NCBI GenBank assembly: GCA_036679645.1
Contig: JAZDCY010000060.1
Coordinates: 9,247-73,246 of the forward strand
Reading direction: 5' to 3'
Length of the DNA: 64,000 bases
Source: Gemmatimonadota bacterium
GTDB lineage: Bacteria > Gemmatimonadota > Gemmatimonadetes > Gemmatimonadales > GWC2-71-9
In this document: piece by piece, positions 55,197 through 64,000 of the stretch
How the letters are laid out: every line of letters begins with the position of its first letter
Position numbering within the stretch: the stretch's first letter is position 1
The notes under the pieces: model-generated
Databases searched by the model: none
Seen by the model: the letters and a program-made list of their open reading frames with translations, nothing else
What the model was told of the DNA's origin: nothing
Translations under genes and position numbers: made by a program

Positions 55197-58100
55197 CGCG
55201 CGCGTTACTCTTTTGGGGGATCGCGCTCCTGCTGCCCGCCATCGCACATGCGCAGCAAGCAAACGATAACCCGCGGCTGCGCTGGGAGGACTTCTACCAG
55301 CGGCGGGCATTCCCGTTTGACCGGATTCCGCCCGGCGCCCTGGCGCGCGCGCGCGCCGGCGCCCGCGCTCTCGAAGCGGGCGCAGCCCTCCGCGCGGCCC
55401 CGCCGCCGATAAGCGGTACACAGTGGCAGGCTCTGGGCCCCGCGGCCATTCCCATTAACGGAACGTCCATCGGCCGGATATCCGCCATTGCCGTGCATCC
55501 CACGGACTCCAACACGATTTACATCGGCGGTGCCCAGGGGGGCGTCTGGAAGACCTCAGACGGCGGTACCAATTGGGCGGCACTCACCGACGGCGAGTGT
55601 TCTCTCGCTATGGGATCCATCGCGCTCGACCCTGTCGATCCGCAGATCGTGTACGCGGGGACCGGCGAACAGCACTTCTCTGTCGACAGTTACTACGGAT
55701 GCGGCGTGCTGCGCTCTCTCGACGGCGGCGGAAGCTGGACCCAGCTTGGCGCATCCGCGTTCGGTGGCGCCAAGATCTCGCGGATCGTGATCGTGCCCAG
55801 TACCGCCGGCACGTCCGCCACTACTACGCTGTTTGCCGCCAGTGACTTCGGCCTGTTCCGCTCGCAGAACGGCGGCGGCGTCTGGAACGAGGTCCTCGTG
55901 AGTGGGCTCGGATGCTCCAGCACAATCGTCTGCTCTGTGACGGACCTCGTCATCCATCCGGGCAACGACCAGATCCTCTACGCCGCTGTCCGCACGCGCG
56001 GCGTGTACAAAACCACAGACGGCGGCGCCACATGGGTCTTCATGGGAAGCGGCTTTGCCTCCACCGACGTGGGCCGGATCAACATTGCCATCACGCCAAC
56101 CGCGCCGGACACCCTCTATGCCGCGGTCCACAACCCGTCAACTAGCCGGCTGCTGGGCATCTGGTGGTCCACCGACGGGGCCAACTCATGGTCGCAACGA
56201 GCCGCTACTGGTGCCGACTGCGGTACGCAGTGTTGGTACGACATGTACGTTGTCGTGCATCCAACCGACCCCAATACGGTCTATTTCGGCGGCGTGTCGC
56301 TGTTCCGGTCGGCAAACCGCGCAGGCAGCTTCGGTGACATCCGGGGCGGCATCCATGTGGACCAACACCTCATGGTGTTCGATCCGCAAAACCCGCAGAC
56401 GGTGTATGCCGCCAACGATGGGGGCATCTTCCGGTCGCGGAACGGGGGAAGCTCCTGGACGAGCCTGAGCAGCGGGCTCGAGCTGACCCAGTTCTATGAG
56501 GGCATCTCGCTCCACCCGAGCGAGCGCACTATCGTGCTCGGCGGCACGCAGGACAACGGTACGCTCCAATACAATGGAGTGCCGCGATGGCTGTTCGTGC
56601 TGGGTGGCGACGGGGGCTACACGGCGATCGACCGTGAGAACCCGAGCGTCCGGTACGCCGAGACGCAGTGGAGTTCCGGCAGCAACTTCTCCGGACCGCG
56701 GCGTTCCGACGGCGGATCGTTTTCCCGCAAGGTGAACGGCATCAACACCTCCGACCGAGCTCAGTTCATTCCGCCACTGGTCATGGGCCCGAGCGTCTCG
56801 TCCACGCTCTACTTCGGCACATTCCGGATCTACAAGACCACGGACCGCGCGGAGAGCTGGGCCATCATCAGCCCGGACCTAACCGGAGGCAACGGTCGCG
56901 TCACCGCCATTGCGCCGGCGCCGTCGGATCCCGCCACCATCTACGTGGGGTCGAACAGTGGCCTTCTGCAGGTCACCGAAGACGGCGGGACGATCTGGAA
57001 CGACCGGACTTTCGGCCTGCCGCTTCGCTTCGTGCAGAACATTGCGGTTGACCGTGCCGACGCGCAGACGGTCTATGTAGTGGTGTCCGGTTTCGGTAGC
57101 GGCCACGTGTTCCGCACGGTAGACGCCGGCGCGGCCTGGGCCGATGTGAGTGGAGCTCTGCCGGACGTGCCGGTGAACTCCATCGTGCTCGATCCGGCGG
57201 ACCGCGGCTTCGTGATGATAGGGACGGACGTCGGTGTGTTCGTCTCGGCCGATTCAGGCGGAGCCTGGACCGGCCTGACGCAGGGCATGCCCAACGTCGC
57301 GGTGTTCGACATCGCGTACAATCCCGCGACGGGATCGTTGATCGCGGCGACGCACGGCCGCGGCATGTTCGAGCTGCAACTCAACCGGCCGCTCACCTTG
57401 GCGGTGGTACCGGCCGTGCGTCGGGACACCGTGATGGTCGGCGCCACAACTCTCGCCAATGATTCCGCCGATGTGGTGCTCACCGGCATGGGGTCCGGCA
57501 CCGCCGGCTGGACGGCCACGCACGCCGCGGCCGCGACGTGGATTACGCTGGGCATGAGTTCCGGCATGGGCAACGGGACCGTCGTGTGGGCGCGCGACCC
57601 TACCGGGCTGGCTGGCGGCGTGTATGTGGACACGATCACGGTGACCGCGGTGGGCGCGGTCGACTCGCCCTGGCTGGTGTTCGACTCGCTGGTCGTGGAG
57701 GGAGCGTTGACGATGCTGGTGACGCCCGGCAGTCGCACAGGCGCGGTGCCCGTGGGATCCACCGGCCTGCGAGCCGATTCCGCGGCCATCCAACTTTCCG
57801 GCACCGGGGCGTCCACCACGAGCTGGTCCGCGGCGGCGACGCGTGGCGAGTGGATCACCGTCACGACGCCGTCCGGAACGCGGTCGGGCACGGTCCGCTG
57901 GACCGGGAACCCGCAGGGTCTGCTGGCGGGAGTGTACGTGGATACCATCGTCGTTACCGCGGCGGGCGCTGTGGGCAGTCCCGCCGACGTGATTGACTCA
58001 CTAGTGGTGCAGGTGCCCGCCGTGGTATTCAACCCCGCGAGTACGAGGGACACGGCCATTTCCGGTACGCCAGGAGAGCGGCCGGGCTCGGCGCAGGTCG

Positions 58101-58501
58101 TGCTTGCCGGCGGCGCTGACAGTACGAGTACATGGACTGTAACGCACACCGGTGCCGCGCGGCTTACGCTGCTCACGATGTCAGGGCAGGGGAGTCAGGT
58201 CGTTTTCTGGACGCGGAGTGCCGCGAGTCTCCTGGATCGGGTATATGCGGATACACTGACGGTCGTCACATCGAACGCGGACACGGCACTGATCGTGGAT
58301 GTGTTCGTGGTACAGGCCCCCGCCGTGACGAACGCGTGCGCAGCCGATCACATCCTGGGCGGTGCGTGTCTGGACATGGCTCAGCTCCGCTGGCTGGATC
58401 TGGCCGGTAATAATGACGGCGAGTTCAACGTGGGGGATCTCGTAGCGTTCTTTGCACGCGGCGGTGGCGCTTCGGTTCCGCCGGGGGGAAACGAGCCATG
58501 A
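55193..58501 (+). CDS. Large secreted BNR/Asp-box (VPS10-like) beta-propeller protein with three BACON-like repeats and a dockerin-like C-terminus
   Basis: Signal peptide; many S/TxDGGxxW repeats; HVDQH, GGTQDNG, GGDG, ATHGRG; three ~100-aa Ig-like repeats (..Y.DTI.V); terminal WLDLAGNNDGEFNVGDL. Confidence 0.82.
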   Translation: MTRALLFWGIALLLPAIAHAQQANDNPRLRWEDFYQRRAFPFDRIPPGALARARAGARALEAGAALRAAPPPISGTQWQALGPAAIPINGTSIGRISAIAVHPTDSNTIYIGGAQGGVWKTSDGGTNWAALTDGECSLAMGSIALDPVDPQIVYAGTGEQHFSVDSYYGCGVLRSLDGGGSWTQLGASAFGGAKISRIVIVPSTAGTSATTTLFAASDFGLFRSQNGGGVWNEVLVSGLGCSSTIVCSVTDLVIHPGNDQILYAAVRTRGVYKTTDGGATWVFMGSGFASTDVGRINIAITPTAPDTLYAAVHNPSTSRLLGIWWSTDGANSWSQRAATGADCGTQCWYDMYVVVHPTDPNTVYFGGVSLFRSANRAGSFGDIRGGIHVDQHLMVFDPQNPQTVYAANDGGIFRSRNGGSSWTSLSSGLELTQFYEGISLHPSERTIVLGGTQDNGTLQYNGVPRWLFVLGGDGGYTAIDRENPSVRYAETQWSSGSNFSGPRRSDGGSFSRKVNGINTSDRAQFIPPLVMGPSVSSTLYFGTFRIYKTTDRAESWAIISPDLTGGNGRVTAIAPAPSDPATIYVGSNSGLLQVTEDGGTIWNDRTFGLPLRFVQNIAVDRADAQTVYVVVSGFGSGHVFRTVDAGAAWADVSGALPDVPVNSIVLDPADRGFVMIGTDVGVFVSADSGGAWTGLTQGMPNVAVFDIAYNPATGSLIAATHGRGMFELQLNRPLTLAVVPAVRRDTVMVGATTLANDSADVVLTGMGSGTAGWTATHAAAATWITLGMSSGMGNGTVVWARDPTGLAGGVYVDTITVTAVGAVDSPWLVFDSLVVEGALTMLVTPGSRTGAVPVGSTGLRADSAAIQLSGTGASTTSWSAAATRGEWITVTTPSGTRSGTVRWTGNPQGLLAGVYVDTIVVTAAGAVGSPADVIDSLVVQVPAVVFNPASTRDTAISGTPGERPGSAQVVLAGGADSTSTWTVTHTGAARLTLLTMSGQGSQVVFWTRSAASLLDRVYADTLTVVTSNADTALIVDVFVVQAPAVTNACAADHILGGACLDMAQLRWLDLAGNNDGEFNVGDLVAFFARGGGASVPPGGNEP

Positions 58502-58902
58502 CCGCGCGCCGAGTGCTCTTTGTGGCAGGTATGGTCGCCGGTGTGGCAGCTCTCTCCACGTGCAGCGATCCGCAGGAACCGACACCGGGGTGGGCTAACA
58601 TAACCTTGACCACAGCCAACACGGAGCACGGTGGGATCGTGTTCACGCTAACCGGTCCCGCGGTGGACTCCGTGCGGTCGTCTCTCCCGAGCACATTCAC
58701 TAGGCGCGAGAGCGCCACGCAGGTGCGGGCGGTGGTGATTGGGGCATTGCGGGACGGCGCAGTCGTAGCCCAGGTACTGGTGCCGGACACGGGAGACCTG
58801 AGCGGGTATTTGGTGACGGTGACGGAGGTTGCGACGCGGGCACCGTCGTTTGCCCAGAGACCGGTGGCGGGCTATTCGCTGACGCTGAGTACCGTGCAGT
58901 AG
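58498..58902 (+). CDS. Small beta-rich lipoprotein (cohesin-like, tentative)
   Basis: ATGA overlap with the upstream stop; lipobox LSTC; alternating beta-strand pattern over about 110 aa. Confidence 0.65.
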   Translation: MTARRVLFVAGMVAGVAALSTCSDPQEPTPGWANITLTTANTEHGGIVFTLTGPAVDSVRSSLPSTFTRRESATQVRAVVIGALRDGAVVAQVLVPDTGDLSGYLVTVTEVATRAPSFAQRPVAGYSLTLSTVQ

Positions 58903-59039
58903 GGGGGGGTGGGGTGGGCGGCCGTTTGCGACGCGCTCCCGCGCTCGCGAATCACCCAGACAGACTCGTCGCTGCCGGCGTGCTGAAGAACGAATACTCC
59001 ACGGCTCCTGTCCACCGTCCGGAACTGGTCGGCCCGTCT

Positions 59040-59087
59040 ATGTATAGTTGACTTGACATTAAGTACAGTTACCTATACATTGACTCC
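59040..59087 (+). promoter_or_regulatory. Sigma70 promoter with tandem palindromic operators; leaderless
   Basis: TTGACA(59053)-N17-TACATT(59076) with GTG at 59088; operator-like TGTATAGTTGACTTGACA and GTACAGTTACCTATAC; ATGTATAG/CTATACAT inverted repeat. Confidence 0.7.
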
Positions 59088-59318
59088 GTGAGGCCACCGC
59101 ATGAGGTCGGGAATCATGTGCGGCGCCACCGACTCCAACTCGACGGCATGACCCAGCAGGAGTTGGCCGATCGGGTCGGTGTCACGCGGCAGACGATCCT
59201 CTCCATCGAGAGGGGTCGGTACAATCCTTCCGTTGGCCTAGCGTTACGGCTCGCCGCAACGTTCGGCGTCTCCGTGGAGGCGTTGTTCGAGATCGATCGG
59301 GAAGAAGGCCATGACTGA
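59088..59318 (+). CDS. XRE/Cro family HTH regulator
   Basis: MTQQELADRVGVTRQTILSIERGRYNPSVGLA. Confidence 0.92.
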   Translation: MRPPHEVGNHVRRHRLQLDGMTQQELADRVGVTRQTILSIERGRYNPSVGLALRLAATFGVSVEALFEIDREEGHD

Positions 59319-60075
59319 GCAGACTGCAGGAAGAAAGCTGCCCCCGCTACCCGGATTGATCGCGGGCGGCCTCGTGATTCTCGGCGTACTCCTTTCGATG
59401 TTCGTAGGCAGGGGTCTCATCGTCGTGGCAGGGCTGGGTGCGTTCGGCCCGGGAATCATCCGTGAGCTTGGTTGGCTCAGGGATCAGGACGAGTTCCAAC
59501 GACAAGCAGCCCGCCGGGCGGGATACCATGCGTACCTGATCGGTGGCCTCGCCACAGCTATCATCGTCTCTGCGCTCGAGTGGCGCGACGCGGACGCCGA
59601 GGTCACATCCGAATGGATCATGCTCATCCTGCTCGTCCTGTGGATAAGCTGGCTGTTCAGCGCGTTGCTGGGCTACTGGGGAGCACGAAAGACGGCGTCA
59701 GGGGTCCTGAGCGTATACGGCTCATTCTGGGCCGTTTTCGTCCTCGCATCCATCATCGGCGGGGAGTCACAGGATGTGAGTGTGGTGAATATTCTGCTGG
59801 CATCGCTGATGGGCTCCATCGTTGTCGTCCCGTTCTTCGTGCTCGCGCGGATGGCCGGCCGGCGGCCCCGCGGGACGGGCGTGGCGCTTCTCGCCGTGGC
59901 CGCGCTCTTCCTCGTGATGTTCGTTCCGGGCTGGGCAGCGCGTTCCTTCAAGTTGTCCAGTGTACTAGTCACGGCCACGCTGCTCATCGTGCCGCTGGTC
60001 GCTTCTGGAATAGCGCTTCTCCGGGAGGGTCCACAGTCGGAGGAGGGCGGGGCGCCACCTGACGTGGCAGGTTGA
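59311..60075 (+). CDS. Integral membrane protein co-transcribed with the XRE regulator
   Basis: Multiple hydrophobic helices; DE......AG..AY motif common in XRE-associated membrane proteins. Confidence 0.75.
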   Translation: MTEQTAGRKLPPLPGLIAGGLVILGVLLSMFVGRGLIVVAGLGAFGPGIIRELGWLRDQDEFQRQAARRAGYHAYLIGGLATAIIVSALEWRDADAEVTSEWIMLILLVLWISWLFSALLGYWGARKTASGVLSVYGSFWAVFVLASIIGGESQDVSVVNILLASLMGSIVVVPFFVLARMAGRRPRGTGVALLAVAALFLVMFVPGWAARSFKLSSVLVTATLLIVPLVASGIALLREGPQSEEGGAPPDVAG

Positions 60076-60090
60076 TGCTGAGTCCGTACG

Positions 60091-63000
60091 CTACCCCCAA
60101 TCCTTGGACCCGGGCGCCACCTGCCGCATCGATCGGAGAAACCGATACGACGACCCCGACTCGGCAACCATGCTAACCTCCCGCCCTTTCGCCTTCCCGC
60201 CATTCCGCCCTACCCGCAACGCCCGTACCTCTTCCGCAATGATGTTCAACGTGCCCTCGTCCTTTGCCACGGTGCCGGTGATCCATAGAAACGGCTCGCC
60301 ACGGATCGCAATGCGGTCCCGTTCGTAGATGTCGGGCTTCACGATTGCGTTGATCATGCCGCCTTCGTCCTCCATGAGAATGAAGACGAAACCCTTTGCC
60401 GTCTGTGGACGCTGTCTCACGGCGACCAGGCCCACGACCTCCACGCGCTCACCGTGTTTGCGCAACGGTAGTTGCTCGCTGGGTGTGATGCCCGGCGGCA
60501 GGGATCCGTTCAACAACGACAGCGGGTGCCCGCTCGCTGCAAAGCCCAAGACCGCGTACTCGGCGAGCAACCGGTCGCGCTGGTCGATATTGCCGAATCG
60601 CAGGTTCTCGTGCGGATGGTCCAAGGGTAACTCGAGCTGGCGCCGCACGCGCCGGGGATCACGATCGTTCTTGGGCGGCAGCCACAACCCCACCTGCCAC
60701 AACAACTCGCGTCGCGTGAGACCGAACGCATCACACGCACCGACCCACACGAGATATTCGATCGCGTTGCGGGAAAGCGTGGGCGGTGCCCTCCTGATGA
60801 ATTCGCCGAGGCTGCGGTACGGACCGCACCGCTCGCGTTCCTGAATCACCGCCTGCGCCCGCTCCTCGTTCCATTCCCGAATGAATCCGAGTCCCACACG
60901 TACGCGCCCGTCCTCGACCGCGCACCACACATCGCTCTGGTTGAGATCGGGTAGCTCTATCTCGACACCGTGGCGCGCGGCGTCGCGCCCCAACGCGTCG
61001 AGCGAGTAGAAGCCCATCGGTTGGTTGTTGAAGAGCGCGGTGTAGTACTCGACCGGGAAATAATGAAAGAGCCAGGCCGACTGATACGCGAGCAGACCGA
61101 ACGCGGCCGCATGCGATTTGGGGAACCCGAACGCCGAAAACGCAACGACCTGCTCGAAGACCCGTTGCGCGGTGTCCTCGGAGACGCCGTTGCCGGCGGC
61201 GCCGTCGCGGAACTCTTCCCAAAATCCTTCCAATAACTCGCGCGACCGGCGCCGGCTCATTGCCCGGCGCAACGCCTCGGCCTGGCCCGGAGAGAAACTG
61301 GCGAGCGCCTGACACACCTGGAGTACCTGATCCTGAAAGATGATGACGCCGAGTGTCTCGCCCAACGCGTCCTCGAGCAGTGGGTGATCGAACGGTGGCT
61401 TATACGGGTATCCCGCCTCGGTCGCGTGCCGTAGTGCCTCACGCCGACGCACGTACGGATTGACCGCGCCACCCACGATGGGCCCGGGACGCACGATGGC
61501 GACCTGGACCGCGAGATCTGGTAAGGTGCGTGGCCGCACACGACGGATCATCTGGATCTGCGCACGACTCTCGATCTGAAAGAGCCCGATCGTGTCGCCT
61601 TTGCAGATTGAATCGTAGATGTCCTGATCGTTGTAATCGATACGACTGAGATCCGGCGTGGCACCGTTCTTCCTTGCCACCAATTCGACACACTCCTCCA
61701 CCAGGGACAACATGCCGAGTGCGAGAAAATCGATCTTGATGAAACGTGCGTCGTCGCACGAATCCTTGTCCCACTGACAGATCACCCTGTCGGGCATGGC
61801 GGACAGCTCGAGCGGCACGATCTCGACCAGCGGCCGGCTCGAGATGATCATGCCGCCCGGATGTTGCGAGATGTGGCGCGGTAACCCCGCGATCTGCTCG
61901 GCCAAGTCGCAGAGATCCCGCCAGAGCGGCGCGTCCACCTTGTCCTTCAGTCCCGGCAGCCGTTCCATCTCTTCCCTGATCCCGGCCGCCGATCCGAACC
62001 CCGATGCGAGCTTGGCAATCTGCTCGATCTCACCGATCGGGAGATCGAGTGCCTTGCCGATCTCGCGTACCGCCGAGCGCAAGCGATAGGTGGGAAACGT
62101 GCTGACGAGCCCGACGTGCTCGTGTCCGTAGCGCGTGTACACACGGCGGATCAGCTCTTCACGGATCTCGCGCGGGAAATCGAGGTCGATATCGGGGACG
62201 GACGCGAGTTCCTCGTTCAGGAACCGGCCGATGAACAGATGGTTCTCGATGGGGTCGATATGCGAAAGACCCAGGAAGTAACAGATAATAGAGGATACGG
62301 AAGAGCCTCGTCCGCGGCCCGGTAACAGGTTCCCGCTCGCCCGCCGGCTGCCGCGTCGCACGTCGCACGCAACCTCCCGCGCCAGCTCGAAGAGATCGTT
62401 GTAGACCAGAAAGAACCCGCATAACCCGTGATGCTCCACCAGCCGCAACTCGTCCTCGAGTCTCCTGGCCGCTTCGTCTCGATTGCGCGAGCCGAGGGGA
62501 TACAGATCGTCGAGCTTCACACGACACAACTCCGCGAGAGCCTGCGGGGCAGGTCGTGTGTCGGCGCCGCGGAAATCGGGGAACGTGTACCCCAGATCCC
62601 GTGTGAGATCGAACGATGCACAGCGCCTGGCGATGATACAGGTGTTGGTGATGGCGTCCGGTCGATCGACAAAACGTTCCACCATATCCTTCGGCGGGCG
62701 CAGCCAGAACTCACTGTTGGGATGGCGCACGTCGTGCGAGCCGTCGAGCGTCGTGCGGTGCCGGATGGCGGTCAACACGTCGTGCAGGCGATGCAACTCA
62801 CGCCGGTCATAGTGCACGTCACCGGTCGCAACGACATCGAGGCCCTCGGCGTCGGCAAGGTCACAGAGTGTGCGCGTGAGGCGACGGTCGCCTTTGACCT
62901 CGTTACGCTGCAGCTCGACGAAGAATCCCTCGCGACCGAAGACGGTACGGCACCGTGCTGCCAGGCGCCGCGCAGCGGTGAGGCCCTCCCGATACAGCAC

Positions 63001-63393
63001 GGTGGGCAACAATCCCGCACGGCATCCCGAGAGCACGATCAGCCCTTCATGCCGGGCCTCGAGGGATGCGAAATCAAGCCGCGGGTCGCGCCGATCTTCT
63101 CTGCCCAGATGACACTCGGTGAGCAGGCGGCAGAGGTTCGCGTATCCGGTTGGCGTTTCAGCGAGGAGTGTGATGTGCGACCCATCGAACAGCGTCACGT
63201 CGGCGCCGGTGATGGGTTGGAGATCCAACTGTTTCGCCGCCTGCGCAAAGGCCATCGATCCGTACAACCCGTTGTGATCGGTGAGCGCGAGTGCGGGATA
63301 GCCGAGTGTCTTGGCCTGAAGGGCGAGTACCTCGGGAGGTGAGGTGCCGTCGAGGAAAGAGAAGGCGGAGTGGCAGTGAAGTTCGATATACAT
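60091..63393 (-). CDS. dnaE2: Error-prone DNA polymerase (ImuC)
   Basis: PHP ELHCHSAFSFLDG, GRGSS, PDIDLD, KIDFLALGML, FQIESRAQ, GFPKSHA, NNQPMGFY, RQRPQTAKG; located downstream of imuB. Confidence 0.93.
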   Translation of the reverse strand: MYIELHCHSAFSFLDGTSPPEVLALQAKTLGYPALALTDHNGLYGSMAFAQAAKQLDLQPITGADVTLFDGSHITLLAETPTGYANLCRLLTECHLGREDRRDPRLDFASLEARHEGLIVLSGCRAGLLPTVLYREGLTAARRLAARCRTVFGREGFFVELQRNEVKGDRRLTRTLCDLADAEGLDVVATGDVHYDRRELHRLHDVLTAIRHRTTLDGSHDVRHPNSEFWLRPPKDMVERFVDRPDAITNTCIIARRCASFDLTRDLGYTFPDFRGADTRPAPQALAELCRVKLDDLYPLGSRNRDEAARRLEDELRLVEHHGLCGFFLVYNDLFELAREVACDVRRGSRRASGNLLPGRGRGSSVSSIICYFLGLSHIDPIENHLFIGRFLNEELASVPDIDLDFPREIREELIRRVYTRYGHEHVGLVSTFPTYRLRSAVREIGKALDLPIGEIEQIAKLASGFGSAAGIREEMERLPGLKDKVDAPLWRDLCDLAEQIAGLPRHISQHPGGMIISSRPLVEIVPLELSAMPDRVICQWDKDSCDDARFIKIDFLALGMLSLVEECVELVARKNGATPDLSRIDYNDQDIYDSICKGDTIGLFQIESRAQIQMIRRVRPRTLPDLAVQVAIVRPGPIVGGAVNPYVRRREALRHATEAGYPYKPPFDHPLLEDALGETLGVIIFQDQVLQVCQALASFSPGQAEALRRAMSRRRSRELLEGFWEEFRDGAAGNGVSEDTAQRVFEQVVAFSAFGFPKSHAAAFGLLAYQSAWLFHYFPVEYYTALFNNQPMGFYSLDALGRDAARHGVEIELPDLNQSDVWCAVEDGRVRVGLGFIREWNEERAQAVIQERERCGPYRSLGEFIRRAPPTLSRNAIEYLVWVGACDAFGLTRRELLWQVGLWLPPKNDRDPRRVRRQLELPLDHPHENLRFGNIDQRDRLLAEYAVLGFAASGHPLSLLNGSLPPGITPSEQLPLRKHGERVEVVGLVAVRQRPQTAKGFVFILMEDEGGMINAIVKPDIYERDRIAIRGEPFLWITGTVAKDEGTLNIIAEEVRALRVGRNGGKAKGREVSMVAESGSSYRFLRSMRQVAPGSKDWG
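60178..60209 (-). repeat. Octamer tandem repeat within the dnaE2 C-terminal linker
   Basis: Minus strand GGCGGAAT GGCGGGAA GGCGAAAG GGCGGGAG. Confidence 0.6.
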
Positions 63394-63425
63394 AGCACGC
63401 CGACACTGTCAGGAGTGCGCGACAC

Positions 63426-63485
63426 ATCGTGCAACGTGCAACGTGCAACGCATGACGTGCAGGGTGCAGCGTGCAGCGTGTTGCG
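63426..63485. repeat. Degenerate heptamer tandem repeat (CGTGCAR)
   Basis: CGTGCAA CGTGCAA CGTGCAA CGCATGA CGTGCAG GGTGCAG CGTGCAG CGTG, next to the stop of 63486..63776. Confidence 0.85.
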
Positions 63486-63776
63486 TCATGGCATTTGTAC
63501 GAACCATTCGTTCGTCACCTCATCCTCGAACAACACCACGTGCGCCCCTCCTTCCAGGACGACCTCGACGTATCGGCGGTGAATGGGCTGGCGCCACCAT
63601 TCGTCATCGATGCGCCAGACCTCCACCACCTCTTGGACGGGCCCGCCCTGCCCTTCAGCTCCCTCCACTATCGCGATCGGTAGACCGTCAGTCCCGATCT
63701 CCACCTCCACAGCGGAGGGCAGATTCAGTGCTCGAACGCGATCAGTGCGTAGCGGCGTTCGGGAATGCGCGACCAT
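63486..63776 (-). CDS. Small mutasome-associated protein resembling a detached ImuB C-terminal domain
   Basis: GAGGT RBS; WRIDDEWW...RRY motif; lies between imuB and dnaE2. Confidence 0.72.
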   Translation of the reverse strand: MVAHSRTPLRTDRVRALNLPSAVEVEIGTDGLPIAIVEGAEGQGGPVQEVVEVWRIDDEWWRQPIHRRYVEVVLEGGAHVVLFEDEVTNEWFVQMP

Positions 63777-64000
63777 GGTTGTACCTCAATGACACGATAG
63801 AGGAGTTGGCGGCGGAATCGGGATTGGATCTCGTGGGCGGCGTTGCGCAGCGCGTTGCGGCGCCCGGCACGCGCGGCGGCCACGGCGTCGCGGGCAAAGA
63901 GCTGCAACTCGTCGGTGCCGCGGACGAAGGCGGTGAATTCGACGACCATCTGTTCGACCGCGCCGGTTGGCGGGTTCTGCTCGAGCTTGGCGTGCAGCGG
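63725..64000 (-). CDS. imuB: ImuB-like (inactive Y-family polymerase) C-terminus, 5'-truncated by window edge
   Basis: QLF clamp-binding-like motif and terminal PWSRIPERR; position upstream of dnaE2. Confidence 0.6.
   Translation of the reverse strand, partial: PLHAKLEQNPPTGAVEQMVVEFTAFVRGTDELQLFARDAVAAARAGRRNALRNAAHEIQSRFRRQLLYRVIEVQPWSRIPERRYALIAFEH

Noticed and set aside
1..64000. tRNA, rRNA, transposase, integrase or known defence systems
   Set aside because: No recognisable signatures by eye; tRNAscan-SE, ISEScan and DefenseFinder would be needed to exclude them formally.

Overview
High-GC bacterial chromosomal window. The gene repertoire (Ser/Thr kinase with a 2TM domain, paired BTAD-ATPase regulators, many 'ACSD/LAC' lipoproteins, fused 2-oxoacid dehydrogenase E1) suggests Gemmatimonadota, but that is inference only. 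Housekeeping genes (fadJ-like C-terminus, proline dehydrogenase, rsgA, lon, fused LeuD/LeuC-type aconitase, leuB, argE, ALDH7, pfkA, ispH, dnaE2/imuB) alternate with accessory secreted and lipoprotein genes. I recognised no rRNA, tRNA, CRISPR array, integrase or transposase. Highlights: (1) a candidate undescribed module at 22.5-29.2 kb, with two paralogous tiny lipoprotein genes, each preceded by helically phased TTG(A) repeats in SARP-box geometry and each followed by a homologous two-hairpin element with compensatory changes, around SARP/BTAD-NTPase regulators that lack the usual TPR sensor; (2) a SelW/Rdx selenoprotein missed by the ORF track (CxxU plus SECIS-like hairpin) abutting pfkA; (3) a dockerin-like C-terminus/cohesin-like lipoprotein pair; (4) a DEAH helicase whose motif Ia precedes Walker A; (5) Lon with an apparent ~15-codon in-frame deletion after the catalytic Lys; (6) several families of degenerate 7-8-mer tandem repeats at gene ends. 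All product calls come from recognising motifs by eye, with no database searches.
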